From Terriglobia bacterium (lineage in GTDB: Bacteria > Acidobacteriota > Terriglobia > Terriglobales > Acidobacteriaceae): a stretch of 64,000 nt of DNA. A model generated the notes under the pieces. The model had not been told where the DNA came from. It made no database searches and saw nothing but the letters and a program-made list of their open reading frames with translations. The translations under genes and the position numbers were made by a program. Where the stretch lies: positions 24,450 through 88,449 of the forward strand of contig CAWFMU010000021.1 in NCBI GenBank assembly GCA_963816865.1, read 5' to 3'. Each line of letters begins with the position of its first letter. The first letter of the stretch is position 1. Positions 29,591 to 40,716 of the stretch are shown one piece after another.

Positions 29591-32500
29591 ATGAGGAAAG
29601 CTGCAAGTTCTCAGGTCAGACGGTCTTCGCGGCACACGCCAATGGCAGCCCGGTTTGTGCATGTGCTGGCCATCGGGCTCGCGGTGCTCTGCTCTTCTCC
29701 TGCTCCTGCCCGGCGCCGCCGCCCAGCTCTACAGCGGCTCTATTTCAGGGACCGTGACCGATCCCTCGGGCGCGGTCATTCCGATCGGCCCGGGTAAACG
29801 CGACCGACCAGAACAAGGGTTTTGCGTTTACCGCAACCACCGACCCCTCCGGAAGATACCTACTGCGGCCAATTCCTCCTGGGACGTACAGCGTGGGCGT
29901 GGAAGCAGCCAATTTCCAGCGCCAGCGTAAGCGACGCCATCAAGGTGGACGTCAATCAGAACGTCACCGTTGACTTCTCCCTGAAGGTTGGCGCCGCGAG
30001 CCAGGTGGTTGATGTGCAGGCTGGAGGCGCCGAGTTGCAGACCCAGGATGCCGTCACCGGTCAGGTAGTGGACAGAAATCTGATCAACAATCTCCCCCTG
30101 ATCAACCGCTCGGTTTTCGACCTGGCCTTCCTCGCCCCAGGCACGGCTGTGCCGGACCATCAATGCGAGGGCTGTACGGCGACGAACTTCATTTCGAACG
30201 GCAGCCGCAATGCAACGGCTGACGTCCTGATGGATGGCGTGAGCACTTCGAACTTTGAGCAGAACAGTGGAATTCTTTCGCAGGCCTACGTCCCCTCCGT
30301 GGATGCGGTTGAAGAATTCAATATTCAGCAATCGAATTTCAGCGCGGAATACGGATTTTCCGGGTCAACCATCGTGAATCTTGTGACCCGCTCGGGGACG
30401 AACAATTTCCATGGCGGCCTCTACGAGTTCTTTCGCAACGACAAACTCGATGCCAATAACTGGTTCAGCAACCACAACGGCGAAGCGCGTGCGCCTCTGC
30501 GGCAAAACAATTTCGGCGTCACATTCGGCGGACCCATCCAGAAGAACAAGACGTTTTTCTTCTTCGATTACGATGGCACTCGCAGCAGAAGCTTTACCTC
30601 CGCAAGCTATGGCGTTGCCACCGATCTCGAAAAGCAGGGTGACTTCAGCGAGTTATGCACTCTTCGAGGAGCCGGTTTCGACGCGAACGGACTCTGTAGT
30701 GATCCCGCCGGCCAACTCTGGGACCCGTTCAAGGGCGCTTCTTTCGATGCCACCAATGGCGTCCCGACGCGCACCATTTTCATCAAGAATAACAATCTGA
30801 GCGCAGGCGCCTTGAGCGACGGCTCTACTGATCTCAGTCTCATTGACCCAGTCGCTCAAAAACTGATCGCCTTGTTCCCCGAACCCACCAAGCCCATTGC
30901 CACCAGCGATGATCTCCTGAACAATTTTTTCCGTTCCGGAACCAACCAGCAGAGCAACAATCAGTTCGATATCAAGATTGATCATCGCTTCAATGATCGC
31001 AGCCTCTTCAGCGCCAAGTATTCCCAGCTCTGGGGACACTTTCAGAGCTTCAACGCCTTCGGGAATGTGGCCGACAACGCTACGTCCGGGCCGCGAGAAG
31101 ACACAGCCCATCTGTTGGCGCTCAACGAAACGTACTCTTTCAGTCCAACCATGGTTCTGAATGTTTCGCTCGGCGCGACGCGCGGACACGAAATCAATCA
31201 CGGCATTCTGGGAAACTTCCCCGATCTGGATCCGGTGACGCTGTTGGGAGCGCCGTCGTACATGAATGTTTCCGGTTTCAAGCAGCTTCCCAACGTCATT
31301 CTCGACAACTATCAAACCTCGGGAGACGCCAACATCGGTACCCAGACTTACAGCTTTTGGAACCAGGGCAGCGATTCCTATCATCTGTTGGGAACTCTCA
31401 GCTGGGTGCACGGCTCCCATGAATTCAAATTTGGCGGCGAAGGTCGCATGCACCGGGTCAACTTCGGACAGCCCGGATATCCCGGAGGACAATTTGAGTT
31501 CGACAATACCGGGACATCAGGACCCGATCCGGACTCGGGCGGAGACTCGATGGCCAGCTTCCTGATGGGCGTCGGGCCCGCAACCGGATGCCAGAACGGC
31601 GCCTGCCAGTACGAAGTCCCCAACTTCGTCAGCACGCAGAATTTTCAGTTTGGCGGATTCGTGCAGGACAATTATCGGGTCACACCGAAATTGACCCTCA
31701 ATCTCGGGATACGCTACGACGTAACGCTTCCCCGGACGGAACGTTTCAATCGCCAGAACTCGCTGGACCTGACCCAGAAAAATCCGATCAACGGCGGCAG
31801 CATAACCTACACCGATCCGTTGACCGGAGATGACGTCACCCGGGCGTTGCTCGGAGCCGAAGTTTTCGCCACACCCAAAGCTCGAGCCAACTTCGGAACT
31901 GACTGGAAGGACATTCAGCCGCGCTTTGGATTCGCCTATCAAATGGCACATAGCACCGTACTTCGCGGCGGATACGGAATCTTCTATTCCACTCCGCGCT
32001 CCGGTGCGGCGGGAACGGGTCCAGTCAACATGTACAAGGGCTATGACCAGTTCACGGGATGGGTCCCGGTGGATCCCACCGACGGATTTACTCCCGTCGG
32101 AAGATTCAGCGATCCCTTCCCCAATGGCGGTCCGATTCTGCCTCCCGGCAACACGCTGGGCGCTTTGAACGACGTTGGCTTTAGCGGAGGCGGTGCCATA
32201 AAAACTCTCACCAACACTCCGTACGAACAGAGTTGGAGCTTCGGCTTTGAGAAGGAACTGCCGTGGAAAATGATTCTGGACACGAGCTACATCGGCAAGA
32301 AAGGAACTCATCTCTACTTCAGCGGCGCGGGCGAGGTAAATCACCTGGGACCTTTTGTTGACAAACTCACGCCGGCGGAGAGAGGCGCCCTCGGCACTCC
32401 GGATCTGGCCAACCCGTTCTTCGGAGTAATCACAGATCCCAACAGCACGCTCTCGGGAGACACCATCCCGCGTTATCAGGTATTGCGACCCTTCCCTCAA

Positions 32501-33331
32501 TTCGACTCGCTCAGCGGCGACACTCCGCCTTTCGCCAGCTCGATCTACCACGCCTTGCAGGTTCGTATGGAGAAGTCGTACGCCAACGGTCTGCAATTCC
32601 TGGCGAGCTACACCTGGTCCAAGTCCATTGACGATGCTTCTTCCACCGACGACAGCGTCACCTGGCTGGGAGGTACAACCAGCTTGCAAGACCCCAACCG
32701 TCCCGACTTGGAGAGATCGGTCTCGACCTGGGATACGCCTCACATCTTGCAGTTCAGCTATGTCTACGAGTTGCCCTTTGGCAGAGGTAAAAAGTTCGGC
32801 GGCGGCATGAATCGTGCGATGAACGGCGTCCTCGGAGGATGGCAAATCAACGGAACCTACCGCTACACCAGCGGCAGGCCCATGCACATCACCCTGAGCG
32901 GAGGTCAGGAAATACCAACGTATTCATCGGACCAGCGGCGTCCCAACCTGAACGGCCTTCTCAAGCGAAATACCGGCCCGGATTTCGTCGACAATTATTT
33001 TGCCAACGCGCAGGACGTCCTCAGTCAGCCGGATGACTTTACGATTGGCAATGCTCCCCGATCCATCACCAGCGTCCGTCAGCCAGCCACCAACAACACC
33101 ACCATGTCCCTGTTCAAACAGTTCACCGTTCGAGAGGGTATGCGCTTCGAGTTCCGTGCCGAAGCGTTTAACGCTTTTAACCATCCCCAGTTTTGCGGAC
33201 CCAATGGGGGAAATACCAGCGTGAGTTTTGATGGCAGCGGGAAGATCGACAACACCTCAGACTTCGCGGCCATCACCGACACCTGCATCAATTCGCGTGA
33301 GTTGCAGCTGGCGCTGAAATTCTACTTTTAG
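29591..33331 (+). CDS. large TonB-dependent receptor with CarboxypepD_reg-like N-domain (N-terminal 250 nt frame-disrupted as sequenced)
   Basis: The leader and LYSGSISGTVTDPSGAVIP...GRYLLRPIPPGTYSV span three frames (29591, 29655, 29788) before the 1169-aa ORF 29822-33331. The protein is plug/barrel-like with a terminal ...LALKFYF aromatic residue. Confidence 0.8.
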
Positions 33332-33416
33332 CAATGCAGGCGCGAGCGTCCACGTTCGTGCGGCAGTGGCACTGTCCTGTCATTTTTCAGCCAGTGATTC
33401 TGGCGGAGGCATTGGT

Positions 33417-35594
33417 ATGCGCTTCAAACGCGCCGTCAGGAAATTCCCGACCAGGATGCTCGTCATCGCAGCCACATTTCTGCCGACCGCAGCACTCCCG
33501 CAAACCATCCGCGTAGACTCGACGCCCGGCCACGCCGCCAAAACATTCGTTCCTACCACCGCGCTAGGAGCCGGTATTGACCGAATCTCGACCGCCGCCA
33601 CCGACAAGCTCTTTACCGAACCCGTAATGAAGCAGGTGCTCTCCGCGGGATGGCAAACCGTCAGCTATCGCCAGAACACGGAGCTCTACGTAGAAGCCTG
33701 GCACTGGAATCCGCAGGGCAGTTGGAGCGATCCCGCGGGAAAGGGTTATTTCACCGGCAGCGCAACTCCCGCAGAGCCCATTCGCCATTCGTTTGGATAT
33801 TTACTGCCGCATCGCGGCTTCACCCGCAACGATGGAGTGGACAACGGCTATTCCCGCATCACTGACGGCGATCTGAACACCTACTGGAAGAGCAATCCAT
33901 ACCTGACCAGGACATTCACCGGCGAGGACGATTCGGTCTATCCGCAGTGGGTGATCATGGACCTGGCCAACAATCACCAGGTCAACGCCATCCGCATTGC
34001 CTGGGCCGAGCCTTACGCTCGCCGCTACGTGGTCCAGTATTGGACGGGTGAGGATCCGATCAAACAAGCCACCAAAGGCACATGGGTCGCGTTTCCGGGC
34101 GGAACCGTCGAGGTCGGCGCGGGAGGCTCGACGGTACTTAAGCTTTCCGCGGCTCCCATGCCGGTGCGTTTCATTCGCATTTGGATGACCGAGTCTTCCA
34201 ACACTTGCGACACGCACGGATCGGCGGATCGCCGCAACTGCGTCGGCTATGCCATTCGCGAGCTCTATCTCGGGACGGTTTCTCTGGACGGCAAGTTTCA
34301 TGACCTCGTCCGCCACACCGCCGATCCTGATCAGACCGCGACCATATGTTCTTCGGTGGATCCCTGGCACGAACCTTCCAACATCAGCGAAAAACGCGAC
34401 CAGGTCGGCCTCGACCTCTTCTACACCAGCGGCTACACCCGCGGACTTCCAGCGATGATCCCCATCGCCATGCTTTACGGCACGCCCGAGGACTCTGCCG
34501 CGCAAATCGCGTACCTGAAAGCCAGAGGCTATCCGATTTCCTACATCGAGATGGGAGAAGAGCCCGACGGCCAGTTCATGCTGCCCGAACAGTACGGAGC
34601 GCTTTATCTGCAATGGGCCACGGCGCTGCACCGCATAGATCCGGCGTTGAAACTCGGTGGACCCATATTCCAGGGCGTGAACGAGGACATCCAGGTCTGG
34701 CCGGATGCGCAGGGCAAGACTTCATGGCTGGGACGCTTCGTCGACTATTTGAAGGTGCACGGCCGGATTAGCGACCTCGCCTTCGCGTCGTTCGAGCACT
34801 ACCCGCTCGAGCCCTGCAAGATTCAGTGGAGCAGTTTGTACGACGAGCCCACGCTGATCAGCCACATTCTCCAGGTCTGGCGAGACGACGGCTTGCCGTC
34901 AAATGTTCCCATATTCATTTCAGAACTGAACATCGCCTGGAACACGGGCGAATCTTTCGTTGACATCTTCGGCGGGCTTTGGCTGGCCGACTACGTGGGC
35001 TCGTTCCTCTCCGCCGGAGGAGATGGCCTCTATTACTTCCATTACCTGCCGGTCGGCCTATATCACGGTTGTAACGGCTCTATGGGGACGTTTGCTCTGT
35101 TCACCGTCGATTCGAACTACCAGATTCAGCAGCCCACCTCACAATTTTTTGCCAGCCAGTTGATCAACCTCGAATGGGTGCAGCCGGGCACGGGAGAACA
35201 ACAGATTTTTCCCGCCTCCAGCGACATCTCCGATCCCGCCGGTCACGTTCTGGTAACTGCATATCCCCTGCTTCGTCCCGATGGCCAGTGGTCTGTGATG
35301 CTGGTGAATAAAGACCAGGAGAACTCCCAATCCATCCATATGGCGTTTCACGACGACAAAGCCGGCGCTGACAGTTTCCTCACCGGCCCGGTCAGCGTCA
35401 TCAGCTTCGGCAGCGAGCAGTACCAGTGGCATCCTGATGACAAGGGCGGCAGAGCTGATCCCGATGGCCCCGCCGTGCGGTCCACGGTTGCGGCTGCTGC
35501 AGACACCGAATTCACGCTGCCCAAGGCGTCGGTGACAGTGATACGCGGGAAGATTGCGACGAAGCCATCAGCGCCGGCAAAACGAACCAGGTAG
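33417..35594 (+). CDS. secreted discoidin (F5/8 type C) domain + clan GH-A-like glycosidase
   Basis: ATG 33417 after GGAGG, with a signal peptide. The discoidin signature is ITDGDLNTYWKSNPYL...PQWVIMDL...VNAIRIAW...YVVQYW. Candidate acid/base is YIEMGEEPDG and candidate nucleophile is PIFISELN. Intact. Confidence 0.7.
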   Translation: MRFKRAVRKFPTRMLVIAATFLPTAALPQTIRVDSTPGHAAKTFVPTTALGAGIDRISTAATDKLFTEPVMKQVLSAGWQTVSYRQNTELYVEAWHWNPQGSWSDPAGKGYFTGSATPAEPIRHSFGYLLPHRGFTRNDGVDNGYSRITDGDLNTYWKSNPYLTRTFTGEDDSVYPQWVIMDLANNHQVNAIRIAWAEPYARRYVVQYWTGEDPIKQATKGTWVAFPGGTVEVGAGGSTVLKLSAAPMPVRFIRIWMTESSNTCDTHGSADRRNCVGYAIRELYLGTVSLDGKFHDLVRHTADPDQTATICSSVDPWHEPSNISEKRDQVGLDLFYTSGYTRGLPAMIPIAMLYGTPEDSAAQIAYLKARGYPISYIEMGEEPDGQFMLPEQYGALYLQWATALHRIDPALKLGGPIFQGVNEDIQVWPDAQGKTSWLGRFVDYLKVHGRISDLAFASFEHYPLEPCKIQWSSLYDEPTLISHILQVWRDDGLPSNVPIFISELNIAWNTGESFVDIFGGLWLADYVGSFLSAGGDGLYYFHYLPVGLYHGCNGSMGTFALFTVDSNYQIQQPTSQFFASQLINLEWVQPGTGEQQIFPASSDISDPAGHVLVTAYPLLRPDGQWSVMLVNKDQENSQSIHMAFHDDKAGADSFLTGPVSVISFGSEQYQWHPDDKGGRADPDGPAVRSTVAAAADTEFTLPKASVTVIRGKIATKPSAPAKRTR

Positions 35595-35621
35595 GGACAG
35601 AAGCCGGCATCGCCCGACAGT

Positions 35622-35733
35622 GGGTGCCCCATCCTTCGCGTCCTTTGCGAAGGGTGGGAGGCAAACCAGTGAGCAGCGAATCGGCAACTCTTGCCTCAAG
35701 TCGCTGCCCACCACAACTCTTGAGGGTGCCCCG
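35622..35733 (+). repeat. structured intergenic element (family 2)
   Basis: GGGTGCCCCATCCTTCGCGtcctTTGCGAAGGGTGGGAGGCA (12-bp hairpin) plus a tail ending GAGGGTGCCCC. Near-identical units lie at 37989-38033 and, inverted, at 38122-38163. Confidence 0.8.
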
Positions 35734-35783
35734 CCTAATTCCTGAGCCCGGGTACCTTCCCGCGCAGAACTGTAATCGACGCT

Positions 35784-37942
35784 TTAGGAAGCGTAAACGT
35801 GGTTCCGGAATCCGCCGACATCGTAGTAGGCCACTGGCGGACTATCAGGATCGGCATGGCTATTCAATCCGTCATTGATCCAGACATACTGCTCGCTGCC
35901 GAAGGTCACAAGTGTGACCGGCCCTGAAAAAGACGCATTCTTGTTTTTGGAATCGTCAAACGCCACGCTCACGGTATGCGGATTCGTCTCGTCCCGATTC
36001 ACCAGCATCAACGACCAGTTCCCGTCGGGACGATGCACCGCATAACGTTGTAACCAGAGCATTGCCTTCGCTGTCCTTGATGTCGGTGGACGACTTGTAC
36101 ATCGAATGCACTCCGGCACGATGCTGTACCCATTCCCGATTGATCATATGAGCGGCGAAATAGGGTGAAGTATAGCCCTTGATGTCGTAGTGCTCGTTGG
36201 AGACAAAGTTCGACCACGACGCCCAACCCAGGCAGCTGTTCTGGATGCCCTGCGGCTGAATGGGCGAGTGATAGAAGGCGGCGCCGCCGCCCTCAAAGAA
36301 AGACCCGACATTGTCCGCCAGCCACAGCGCGGCAAAGATCGTCGTCATCGGCCCGGTCAGCTCAGCCGCCAGATGGTTCTCGGTCACCATCAGAGGCACG
36401 TTTGGCGGAACGCCGTCATCCCTCCACACCTGGAGAATGTGCTTCATCAGTTGCGGTTCGGTGTAGAGCGTTTTCCAGGTGATGCTGCAGGGCTCAAACG
36501 GATAGTGCTCGAAGGACACAAAAGAAAGGTCGGCAAGACGGCCGTGAGATTTGAGATAGTCAACAAACCGGCCCATCCATGACGTCCGGCCCTGCGCGTC
36601 CGCCCACACCTTTATATCTTCGTTGACCCCTTCGAAAATCGGCCCACCCAGCTTGAGTTTGGGATCAACCTTGTGAATGGCCCGGGCCCATTGCAGGTAC
36701 AGCGCGGCGTAGTCTTCCGGCATGGCATGCTTGCCGTCGGGTTCCTCACCCATTTCGATGTATCCGATTGGGTAGCCTCGTTTCTCGATGTAGGCGATCT
36801 GCGCCGCCGCATCGTCAGGAGTGCCGTACAGCATGGTCACCGGTATCATCGCGGGCAGATTGTTGGTCAGTCCGCTGGTAAAGAAAAGATCGAAACCGGT
36901 GTGCTGATAGTTGCCGCTATCGTTAACGTCGTCGGCCGAATGCCAGGGATCGATGGACGAAACGCAAAACGTCGTTCGCCTTTCCGCGAGATCTTTCGGC
37001 GTCTCGGAGAAAGCGCCGCTACCGTCAACCGTGCCGGCTGCGACCTCTTGAATTGCATAGCCCACGCAGTTGCGGACGTCGGCGGCCCCATGCTCGTCGC
37101 AGGTGTTCGACGATTCCGTCATAAGGACTCGCACAAAGCGGGTGGAAACCGGCGTATCGGCAAGCTTCAGCGTGCCCGTGCCGCCCTGAGCATTGTTCAC
37201 AACGCCGGAGGAAAAAACCTTCCATTCCCCCTTGGGCCCGCCGTCGAAGTCGAGCGCGTCTCCTGCTCCCACCCAATACTCCACTTCATATTTCGTAGCG
37301 AAGGGACTTGCCCATGCGATCCGCACTGCGTTTACTGCCTTCTCGCCTTTCAAATCGACGACCACCCATTGCGGATGGAGCGCGTCGCTCTCGCCGGTAA
37401 ATTTGCTGGTAAGATACGGATTGCTTTTCCAGTAAGAAAGGTTCGGGACCCTGCACCGGCCGGTCGCCGCTGGTCGCAAAGCCGCGGTGCGGCAGCGCAT
37501 AAGCGAGGATGTATCGAGTGGGTTCCTTCAGCTCCGTGCTGCCAGTGAAATATCCGCTGCGGTGCGCGGAGTCGCTCCAGGCGCCATTTTCCGTCCAGTG
37601 CCAGGCCGCCATGCGCAGCTCGGTATTGTTGCGATACGTGATCGGACCCCAGCCAGCAGAAAGCGATTCCTGGATGATATGCGGCGTATAAACGCTGTCT
37701 ATGTCACGCCGGGACAGCACATCAATCGAACTGCCCAACGCGCTGTCGGGATCGAACGAATTGATGACGTGGCCCGGTGTTGCGTCGACTCGGACCGTCC
37801 CCTCCGCCCCCGAAACGTTGGAGGTCGCCTGGGCCAAAGAACATGGAGTCGGCATGACCAGACGGAGTGTGATCCAACAAAAAACTGTGAGAACTCTACT
37901 CGTTCGTCGAAGAGAGCGCGGCGTTGCGAAGCCTTTGTGCAT
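35784..37942 (-). CDS. secreted discoidin domain + clan GH-A-like glycosidase, paralogue of 33417-35594 (frame-disrupted as sequenced)
   Basis: ORFs 37286-37942, 35956-37500 and 35784-36119 concatenate, with two net +1 shifts, into a protein collinear with the upstream paralogue (SYWKSNPYL, PQWVVVDL, YIEMGEEPDG, PLMVTENH, FGSEQY). Confidence 0.7.
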
Positions 37943-37988
37943 AGTTTCCCGGCGCGAATTCTACCATTCACGCGGCGGAGGCATGAAA

Positions 37989-38163
37989 GGGGTGCCCCAT
38001 CCTTCGCGCCTTTTGCGAAGGGTGGGAGGCAGACCTGCGGACAGCGAATCGAAGACAGCATCCACAAATCCCAGTCTTCAGAAACACCAACCCCGTTCGC
38101 GATCGCGGGCCTCGACTATGTGCCTCCCACCCTTCGCAAACAACACGAAGGATGGGGCACCCT
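37989..38163. repeat. composite inverted pair of family-2 elements
   Basis: Forward unit at 37989-38033 and inverted unit at 38122-38163 (CCTCCCACCCTTCGCAAacaacaCGAAGGATGGGGCACCC) flank about 88 nt. The pair lies between the divergent glycosidase (start 37942) and cydA (start 38272). Confidence 0.8.
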
Positions 38164-38271
38164 CTGTCTGGAAGCTGCGAAGAACAAACCAGGGCGTTGC
38201 CCGTCCCGTTGAAAGGCATACGCCGTGACCTGCCTTTATGTATCATGTTGCGTTGTCGCCAGAGCATCCTC

Positions 38272-39634
38272 ATGGACGCGCTGATCCTCCACCGCCTGCA
38301 TTTCGCCTTCACCATCACCTATCACTATCTGTTCCCGCAGCTCACCATGGGGCTGGCGCTGCTCATCGTCGTGCTCAAGACCGTTGCTCTCGTCCGCCAC
38401 AACGAGACCTATAACGAAGCAGCACGCTTCTGGGCAAAAATATTCGCCATCAATTTTCTGATTGGCGTGGTGACCGGCATTCCCATGGAATTCCAGTTCG
38501 GCACCAACTGGGCGCAATTCGCTCGCACCACGGGAGGCGTGATCGGACAGCCGCTCGCCATGGAAGGCGTCTTCTCCTTCTTCCTGGAATCAGCCTTCCT
38601 CGGGCTCTTCCTGTTCGGCGAGAAACGCCTCTCTCCGTGGGCGCATTGGGGATCGGCGTTCCTGGTGTTCGTCGGCTCGTGGATCTCCGGCTTCTTCATC
38701 ATTGTTACGAACGCATGGATGCAGCATCCCGTCGCCTATACCGTTCTTACCAACGGAACGTTCGAGATTACGAGTTTCTGGGGACTGCTGATGAACCCCT
38801 GGGCGCTGCATCCAGTATTCACACAACATGTCCGGCGCCGTCATCACGGGAGCGTTTGTGATGTGTTCGGTGGGAGCGTTCTACCTGCTGGAAAACCGGT
38901 TCACGGAGCACGCCAGGATTTTCGTTCGCGTCGGTGTGATCGCCGGGGCCATTTCCTGCGTAACCCAGATCTTCCCCACCGGGGACATGCACGGCAAATA
39001 CCTCGCGCAGCACCAACCCGCGAGCATTGCCGCCATGGAGGGCCTGTTCAGTTCACAGGCCGGCGCTCCTATGGTGCTTATGGGACAGCCGGACGAAGCT
39101 ACCCAGAGTATTGACAATCCGATCGTGGTCAACGACCTGTTGAGCTTTCTGATTTACGGGACGACGCGCGCAGAAGTAAAAGGGTTGGACCAGTTTCCCC
39201 GCGACCAATGGCCATCGCCGCTTCCTCTCCTTTTCTACGCGTACCACATCATGGCCGGATTGGGCACTTACTTTGTAGCGTTGATGCTGCTGGAAGTTTT
39301 CCTCCTGTGGCGTGGCAAGTTGTTCGAGACTCGCTGGGCTTTGTGGCCCCTGCTCTTGAGTTTTCCCCTGCCCTACATCGCCAATACGGCAGGCTGGATG
39401 ACCGCGGAAATCGGCCGTCAACCCTGGCTGGTCTACGGACTCATCCGCACGTCCGACGGTTATTCTAAAAATGTTTCGGCGGGGAATACTCTGTTTACCC
39501 TTCTGGGATTCATGGGGATGTACACCGTGCTCTCGGTATTGTTTGTCATACTGGTATATCGCACTGTGGGCGAAGGCCCATCCACCGGCGATCGGCCTAT
39601 GGGTACAAAAGCAACGCCGCTGACCGTGGCCTAG
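38272..39634 (+). CDS. cydA: cytochrome bd ubiquinol oxidase subunit I (frame-disrupted as sequenced)
   Basis: MDALILHRLHFAFTITYHYLFPQLTMGLA...GIPMEFQFGTNW...MEGVFSFFLES in ORF 38152-39114. It continues (+1, near 38815-38830) in ORF 38828-39634 with GWMTAEIGRQPWLVYG. Confidence 0.9.
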
Positions 39635-39643
39635 GGACATACG

Positions 39644-40690
39644 ATGGGATTCATCTGGTTCTGGATCGTCGCCGTCATGCTGACACTTTACGTGGTGCTC
39701 GACGGCTTCGACCTGGGCGTTGGCATCCTGCATCCCATACTCGCGCGGACCGAACAGGACCGGCAGATCATGCTCAGGAGCATCGGTCCGGTGTGGGACG
39801 GCAACGAAGTTTGGTTGCTCGCCGGAGGCGGTACTCTGTATTTCGCGTTCCCTGCCCTGTACGCCTCCGCGTTCAGCGGATTCTATCTGGCCCTGATGAT
39901 TGTGCTGTGGCTGATCATTCTGCGCGGCGCCAGTATCGAGTTGCGCATGCACATTGATGACCGTCTCTGGAGGTCTTTCTTTGACGCTTTGTTCTTCGTG
40001 TCGAGTCTGCTGCTTGCGGTTTTCTTCGGTGCGGCTCTCGCCAACGTGATTCGCGGCGTACCCCTGCGCGCGGATGGCTATTTCTTTCTCCCCCTTTGGA
40101 CCAACTGGAAGGTTGGACCTGAACCCGGCATCCTGGACTGGTACACCATCATCGGCGGTCTGGTCGCACTCGTCGCCCTCGCCACCCACGGCGCACTCTA
40201 CCTGGCCGTAAAGACTGAGGGTGAATTGCAACGGCGCGCCCGGAATTTTGTCCGCCGGTCCTGGATTGTGCTCTTCGGAATCACGGTAATCAGCCTGGTC
40301 GCGACCATAGCGGTTCGCTCCGATACCTTGACCAACTACTATTCGTATCCGGTGGCCTTCGTGATTCCGGTGGCAGTCCTTGCGTCACTGGGTGGCATAT
40401 TGTATTTCTGTCGCCGCGATGCAGACCGCAAAGCCTTCACCGCTTCGTGTGTCTTTCTAATATCCATGATGGTAGGCGCAGCCGTATCGCAGTACCCCCG
40501 CCTGCTGTCCTCCAGCGGATACCTGGGTCACGACCTCACTGTGCAGAACTCGATTTCTGGACCTTACGCACTGCGAGTCGGTCTGATGTGGTGGAGCGTT
40601 GGCATGGTCCTGGCGGCGGTCTATTTTGTCGTCGTCTATCGCATGTTCCGAGGCAAAGTAACTCTCGATGGTGGGGGCTACGGGCACTAG
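39644..40690 (+). CDS. cydB: cytochrome bd ubiquinol oxidase subunit II
   Basis: Intact 348-aa polytopic ORF directly after cydA. Typical N-terminus: WFWIVAVMLTLYVVLDGFDLGVGIL...GPVWDGNEVWLL. Confidence 0.9.
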   Translation: MGFIWFWIVAVMLTLYVVLDGFDLGVGILHPILARTEQDRQIMLRSIGPVWDGNEVWLLAGGGTLYFAFPALYASAFSGFYLALMIVLWLIILRGASIELRMHIDDRLWRSFFDALFFVSSLLLAVFFGAALANVIRGVPLRADGYFFLPLWTNWKVGPEPGILDWYTIIGGLVALVALATHGALYLAVKTEGELQRRARNFVRRSWIVLFGITVISLVATIAVRSDTLTNYYSYPVAFVIPVAVLASLGGILYFCRRDADRKAFTASCVFLISMMVGAAVSQYPRLLSSSGYLGHDLTVQNSISGPYALRVGLMWWSVGMVLAAVYFVVVYRMFRGKVTLDGGGYGH

Positions 40691-40716
40691 GCCGTTTCTT
40701 TCCCCGCGAAGACTAG

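Noticed and set aside
31517-32887. 456-aa minus-strand ORF (similar cases: 30653-31492, 33801-34631, 36673-37548, 25124-26023, 47938-48951)
   Set aside because: All are antisense to long, motif-supported genes (TBDR, glycosidases, lactonase, xylB). None has a signal peptide, RBS or recognisable domain.
39053-40231. 392-aa minus-strand ORF
   Set aside because: It is antisense to cydA/cydB and spans their junction. Its composition is implausible and it has no motifs. It is a shadow ORF.
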